A DNA stretch of 64,000 bases from a virus (Duplodnaviria; Caudoviricetes). Shown piece after piece: positions 59,576 through 64,000 of the stretch. The DNA lies in IMG/VR virus record IMGVR_UViG_3300025413_001239. The stretch is one strand, 5' to 3'. The translations under genes and the position numbers were made by a program. Below the pieces are notes generated by a model, which saw only the letters and a program-made list of their open reading frames with translations, was not told the origin of the DNA and did not search any database. Position 1 is the first letter of the stretch. The number at the start of each line of letters is the position of its first letter.

Positions 59576-59616
59576 TATCTTATTCGACAAAGCTATATTA
59601 TTATTTCCGTCAAATA

Positions 59617-59648
59617 CTTGACTTGTATTAATTCTTTTAGTATATTTG
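59617..59648 (+). promoter_or_regulatory. Bacteroidota-type promoter for the downstream endonuclease
   Basis: CTTG-N20-TATATTTG. Confidence 0.55.
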
Positions 59649-59683
59649 TATAAATAACAAGTATATTAAAAGAATTTTTATTT

Positions 59684-60574
59684 ATGGTAATTTGTAAAGA
59701 ATGTAATAGAGAGTTTGAAACGTTAGATGCTTTAAGAAGACATCGTGTTCAAAAACATAAAGTATCCGCTGAACAAACATATATTGATTATGTATTAGAT
59801 GGAATTGAACCTAAATGTAAATGTGGTTGTAATGAAAAACCTAAATTTTTAGGTGTTGAAGTTGGTTTTAGGGATTATAAATTAGGTCATGCTTCTAGGG
59901 TAAATAACAATTGGGGACATAATCCTAATGCTATAAAAAAATCACATGAAACTCAAAAAAAAATGCACGAGAATGGTGAGCTAACAATTTGGAATAAAGG
60001 GTTAACAATTGAAGACGATAGAGTTAGGGATAATATTACTAAAGTTATGTCAAACCCAGAACGTGGTAACAATATCTCAAAAAAATTAACTGGTGTTGCT
60101 AAGAGTCAGGAACATATTAAAAAAATAAAGGAACATTCAAAATTAAGATGGGAAAATCCAGAAGAACGTGAAAAACAATCTAATAGAAGAATGGAGTATA
60201 TAATTAAAAATGGTTTTACACCAACTTCAAAATTAGAAGAAACATTTGAAAAAATATTAATTGATAATTTTAATTTTAAACTTGATAAGGATTATTACTA
60301 TCAATTTTATGTTAGAAAAATTAAAGCAATTTTTGATTTTAAAATTTCAGGTAAAAAAATATTAATTGAGGTTGATGGTGATTATTGGCATTGTAACCCA
60401 AATTCAAGATATGCTGAACCAACTTCAGATGCACAAATAGGTAATTTAATTCAAGACAAAATTAAATCTGAATGGTGTATTGAGAATGGTTTTAAATTAC
60501 TTAGATTTTGGGAATCAGATATTAAAAATGATTTAGAATCGGTTATTAAAAAATTAAAAGAAGAATTACTTTAA
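59684..60574 (+). mobile_element. Free-standing endonuclease: C2H2 finger, NUMOD3-like region, DUF559/Vsr-like nuclease
   Basis: CKECNREF...HRVQKH; PKCKCGC; LIEVDGDYWH...LLRFWESDI. Confidence 0.75.
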
Positions 60575-60594
60575 ATTTACAAAATTTATTACAA

Positions 60595-60628
60595 AGAACC
60601 CTATGGATAATTCTATGGGGTTTTTTAT
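60595..60628 (+). terminator. Probable intrinsic terminator
   Basis: AACCCTATGGA-TAAT-TCTATGGGGTT followed by a T-run; imperfect stem. Confidence 0.6.
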
Positions 60629-60687
60629 TTGTGGTATTTACAAAAAAATTATATTATCTATATTTATTAGAATAAAGTTTTAAAAAT

Positions 60688-61851
60688 ATGAGTGATATAA
60701 AGCCTAATGTATTTCCAAAGGTACAACTAAAAACAACAAATCAAGAAACAACAAATCAAGAAACATTAATTCCAAAACCAGAAGATATTAAACAAATATC
60801 AAGTCAACCTGAGTATGAAGAAAAATTACCAGAACTTATTGATGAATTTTATAATGGTGGTAAAACAAACACGCCGTTAGATGATGCTATTGAGCAAATG
60901 AGACTTAGAACTTTAGAACAATTAAGGCTTAGGAGTGAAGCTAAACAAAAAGAACAAGAAAAATCTAAGGATGAAGTACAAACTGAAAAACCTAAAGAAC
61001 AAATAAAAGAACAACCTAAAGTTATTGTACCAACAAAACAAACAATAACATCACCAATTAAAACAAATTTTAATATGAATTCACAAGATTCTTACATTGA
61101 ACAATTAAGTCAACCTCAATATAATATGAGTTTTGATGTTATTCCTTTACCATCTGAGGGTAAACTTTATAAAAATAAAAAAGCTAATGTTAGAGTAGCT
61201 TATATGACAACGGCAGATGAGAATATTCTTACATCACCTAATTTATTAAAAAGTGGTGAATTTTTAGAGATTCTTATAAATAGAAAACTTCTTGAGCATG
61301 ATTTAAGATATCGTGATTTACATGTTGGGGATAGAAATGCGATTATGCTTTGGATTAGGGCGACTGGTTATGGTGAAATGTATCCAGTAACACTTTTTGA
61401 TGAAAATAATGACCCATTTGAAACGGAGGTTAACCTTAATACATTAAAAGTAAATAAATTAGGAGCTGAACCAGATGCTGAAGGGTTATTTAATTTTAAA
61501 TTACCAGTATCTAAGTTTAATATTAAATTTAGACTATTAAACGTTGGTGACATTGATGATATACAAAAGATTGTTGATGATGAAGAAAAAAATGGTATAC
61601 CAATAAATAATACATCAACATATGCTTTAGAAAGACAATTGGTTGAAGTAGATGGTGAAAGAAATAAAACCCTTATAAAAGAATTTGTTCAAAATATGAG
61701 GGTTGGTGATGCTAAGGCTTTAAGGGACTATATAAGTAATATTGAAAGTGGTGTTGATTTAAATATTGAAGTTGGAACCCCTGGAGGTGGTTCCATTAAA
61801 ACATTTCTTCCACTTAACTTCAAGTTTTTTTGGCCTAACATTTCAATATAA
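60688..61851 (+). CDS. Baseplate hub assembly / tail assembly chaperone (gp26-like)
   Basis: IPLPSEGKLY...MTTADENIL...GDRNAIMLWIRATGYG...FFWP; lies between tube and tape measure. Confidence 0.7.
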   Translation: MSDIKPNVFPKVQLKTTNQETTNQETLIPKPEDIKQISSQPEYEEKLPELIDEFYNGGKTNTPLDDAIEQMRLRTLEQLRLRSEAKQKEQEKSKDEVQTEKPKEQIKEQPKVIVPTKQTITSPIKTNFNMNSQDSYIEQLSQPQYNMSFDVIPLPSEGKLYKNKKANVRVAYMTTADENILTSPNLLKSGEFLEILINRKLLEHDLRYRDLHVGDRNAIMLWIRATGYGEMYPVTLFDENNDPFETEVNLNTLKVNKLGAEPDAEGLFNFKLPVSKFNIKFRLLNVGDIDDIQKIVDDEEKNGIPINNTSTYALERQLVEVDGERNKTLIKEFVQNMRVGDAKALRDYISNIESGVDLNIEVGTPGGGSIKTFLPLNFKFFWPNISI

Positions 61852-62095
61852 AGCTGAATTATGGGAAGAAATATTTCTTTGTACACAACATATGAATGTA
61901 ACTTATGCTGATGTTATTATGATGCCAACTTGCGAAAGAAGATTTTATTTAGGTTTATTAGTTAAAAAGAAAAATAAAGAAAGAGAAATGGTTGATGGGC
62001 AAAAAAATTCAACTGGAAAGGGTAAAAGACAATCATCAATAAGTGGGAGTGCATTAAAAAGTAAAATAAAAACTGGTGAAATACCATTAAATTAA
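61826..62095 (+). CDS. Overlapping +1-frame extension of the chaperone (gp51 / lambda gpT-like)
   Basis: FFGLTFQYKAELWEEIFL...MMPTCERRFYL begins at the T7 run 61825-61831. Confidence 0.65.
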   Translation, partial: FFGLTFQYKAELWEEIFLCTQHMNVTYADVIMMPTCERRFYLGLLVKKKNKEREMVDGQKNSTGKGKRQSSISGSALKSKIKTGEIPLN

Positions 62096-62120
62096 AAAGA
62101 ACCCCATATGGGGTTTTTTT
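62095..62120 (+). terminator. Intrinsic terminator before the tape measure
   Basis: AACCCCATATGGGGTT followed by a T-run. Confidence 0.7.
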
Positions 62121-62149
62121 ATTTTAAGATATTTATATAAAAATAAAGT

Positions 62150-64000
62150 AATGGCAGTTAACGAAAAAAATAATAGTGGTGGTAATGATGGTGGTAAAAT
62201 TGTACCAAATAGTAAAGATTTACAAAATTCGGAACAATTAAGTAAAATAATTGACGAATGGGGTTCTAGTGCAGCTAAGTATGTTAGGATACTTAGAGAA
62301 ACTCATGATGTTCAAGATTCAATTAAAAAAGATAGTTCAGAATACTTAGAGTATCTTAAAAAGTGGAAAAAAACACAAACTGAAATTAATTTTTTAGAAG
62401 AAAGATTATTAAAATTAAATAAAGAAAATAAAGAGGAAAACAATGAAAGGATTTCTCAGTTAATTAAACAAATAAATTATTTAAAGGAGCAAAATAATGA
62501 AATTAAAGAAGGTCTTGATTCTATTAATAAATGGAATTTAGGTCTTCAAATGTCAGGTAAAATACTTGCAAAAATACCAGATTTAATGATGTCTGGTTTT
62601 GGTATGATTAAAAATAGTGGTGTTTTTGAAATAGATAAAGCTATTAAAAAATCAGCATTAAGTTTAGGTGTTTTTAATGATAAAGCCAATGATTTTAGAG
62701 GTAATTTTTTCGATGCTGTTGACCAAACTTCACAAATTGGTGGTAACATTGAACAAATGTCCAAAATGCAAAATGAATTCAGTGATGAATTAGGTAGGTC
62801 TGTTGAACTTGGTTCAAAGGGGTTAGTGGCTATGACTCAAATGGCTCAAGGTACTGGTTTAGGTGAAGAAGCCGTAATAAAATTGGCGGCTAGTTTTGAT
62901 AAATTAGGTATGTCAGTTGAAGATGCTCGTGATTTTACCCAAGATACTTATCAAGAAGCTAGAAAATTAGGTCTTAAACCTAAAAAAATACTTAACGACA
63001 TAACCAATAATATGGATATGTTAAATAAGTATGATTTTAAAAATGGTGCCAAAGGTTTAGCTAAAATGGCTGAAACAGCTAATAAATTGGGAATTGAGAT
63101 GAAAACAATTGAACCAATGGCTGATAAGGCTTTTGATATTGAAGGTGCTGTTGAAATGTCAGCCCAATTACAAGTATTGGGTGGTAGTTTATCAAGTTTG
63201 GCAGACCCATTCAAATTAATGTATAAAGCACGTAATGATGTTGAAGGATTAACTCAAGATTTTGCTGATGCCGCAAAATCTTCAATGCATTTTGGTAAGA
63301 ATGGTATAGAAATGAACACATATGAGATGTCAAGACTTAGAGAGGCTGCTAAGGCTACTGGTGTTGAATATGATAAGATTGTTACTATGGGTAGAAACCA
63401 ATTAAAATTAGACGAAATTAAAAAAAGAATTAGTCTTTCTGGTGAACCCGATAAAGATTTAGAAGAATTTTTAGCTAATAAAGCACAAATTAGTAAAAAT
63501 GGTGTAATAACCTTAAATATTAATGGTGATACTAAAGATATTAAAAATTTAAATAAGCAACAACTTATTAATGAAATGAATAGACAAAAAACTCTTTCGG
63601 AGTTGGCTGAAAATTCAAAAAGTTTTGATGAGAGTATTGATGGGATTATTAATAAATTTAAAGTTGATTTTGCTAAAGGATTTTTAACAGATGAAAACAT
63701 GAAACGTATTTCAAATGGGTTTAAAAAATTAACCGATACGTTAAGTGATAAAGGTTTTCAAGAAGCGATAATTGGTTTTGGTAAGGCAGTTGGAAAAGTA
63801 TTTTCATTTGTTGTAGAGAATTGGAAATTAATTGCTGGTGTTTTTCTTGGTGGTAATATGGTAAAGGCTCTTTCAGATGTTGGACAATGGATTGAAAATG
63901 GAGTTTTACTTTCTGAAGGGTTTTTATTTGGAATGAAAAAAAATAATTTAATTAGCCTTACTGGTGGTGGTGGTGGTGGTGGTGGTGGCCCTACTGTAGC
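62150..64000 (+). CDS. Tape measure protein, N-terminal part (runs off the window; missing from the ORF track)
   Basis: ATG at 62150; helical A/K/E-rich sequence including AFDIEGAVEMSAQLQVLGG; follows tube and chaperone. Confidence 0.8.

Noticed and set aside
19-63700. Short overlapping or antisense ORFs in the track (e.g. 1111-1410, 5265-5702, 17594-18025, 56743-57102, 62951-63700)
   Set aside because: They shadow well-supported genes, have no recognisable motifs, and reflect codon bias of the opposite frame.
63963-63989. (GGT)n microsatellite
   Set aside because: It is an in-frame poly-Gly linker in the tape measure, with no sign of separate function.
1-64000. tRNA, rRNA or large structured ncRNA genes
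   Set aside because: No cloverleaf or rRNA signatures were seen, and intergenic gaps are short and explained by promoters and terminators. tRNAscan/Infernal were not run.

Overview
A 64-kb, AT-rich (roughly 30% GC by eye) segment of a large contractile-tailed phage genome, probably a jumbo phage. The host is probably Bacteroidota: several TTTG-N20-TAnnTTTG promoters occur, and start regions are A-rich without Shine-Dalgarno sequences. The left arm (minus strand, 1-10.8 kb) carries a GMP reductase/IMPDH-family gene, dUTPase, an HD-fold protein, a split glycosyltransferase and hypothetical genes. The plus strand then carries a tail-fibre/LamG adhesin cluster (10.9-25.5 kb) and a family-B DNA polymerase. 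A minus-strand block holds a neck gene, glutaredoxin and an SNF2 helicase. After that come head-tail joining and fibre genes, a glycosyltransferase-sulfotransferase-APS kinase cassette, a 2126-aa tail sheath, tail tube, tail chaperone/hub gene and the start of the tape measure. Selfish elements are abundant: five inteins (one with class 3 signatures and Val1) and four free-standing homing endonucleases. Most notable: (1) the glycosyltransferase has two copies of its N-terminus and can only be completed by a ribosomal hop, frameshift or RNA splice; (2) the sheath has 12 outgoing repeat units mirrored by 12 returning strands, suggesting a nested stalk; (3) a glycosylation-plus-sulfation cassette lies inside the virion gene cluster; (4) endonuclease insertions are accompanied by duplicated, diverged gene termini; (5) a probable programmed frameshift precedes the tape measure. 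Product names come from motif recognition by eye; no database searches were run.
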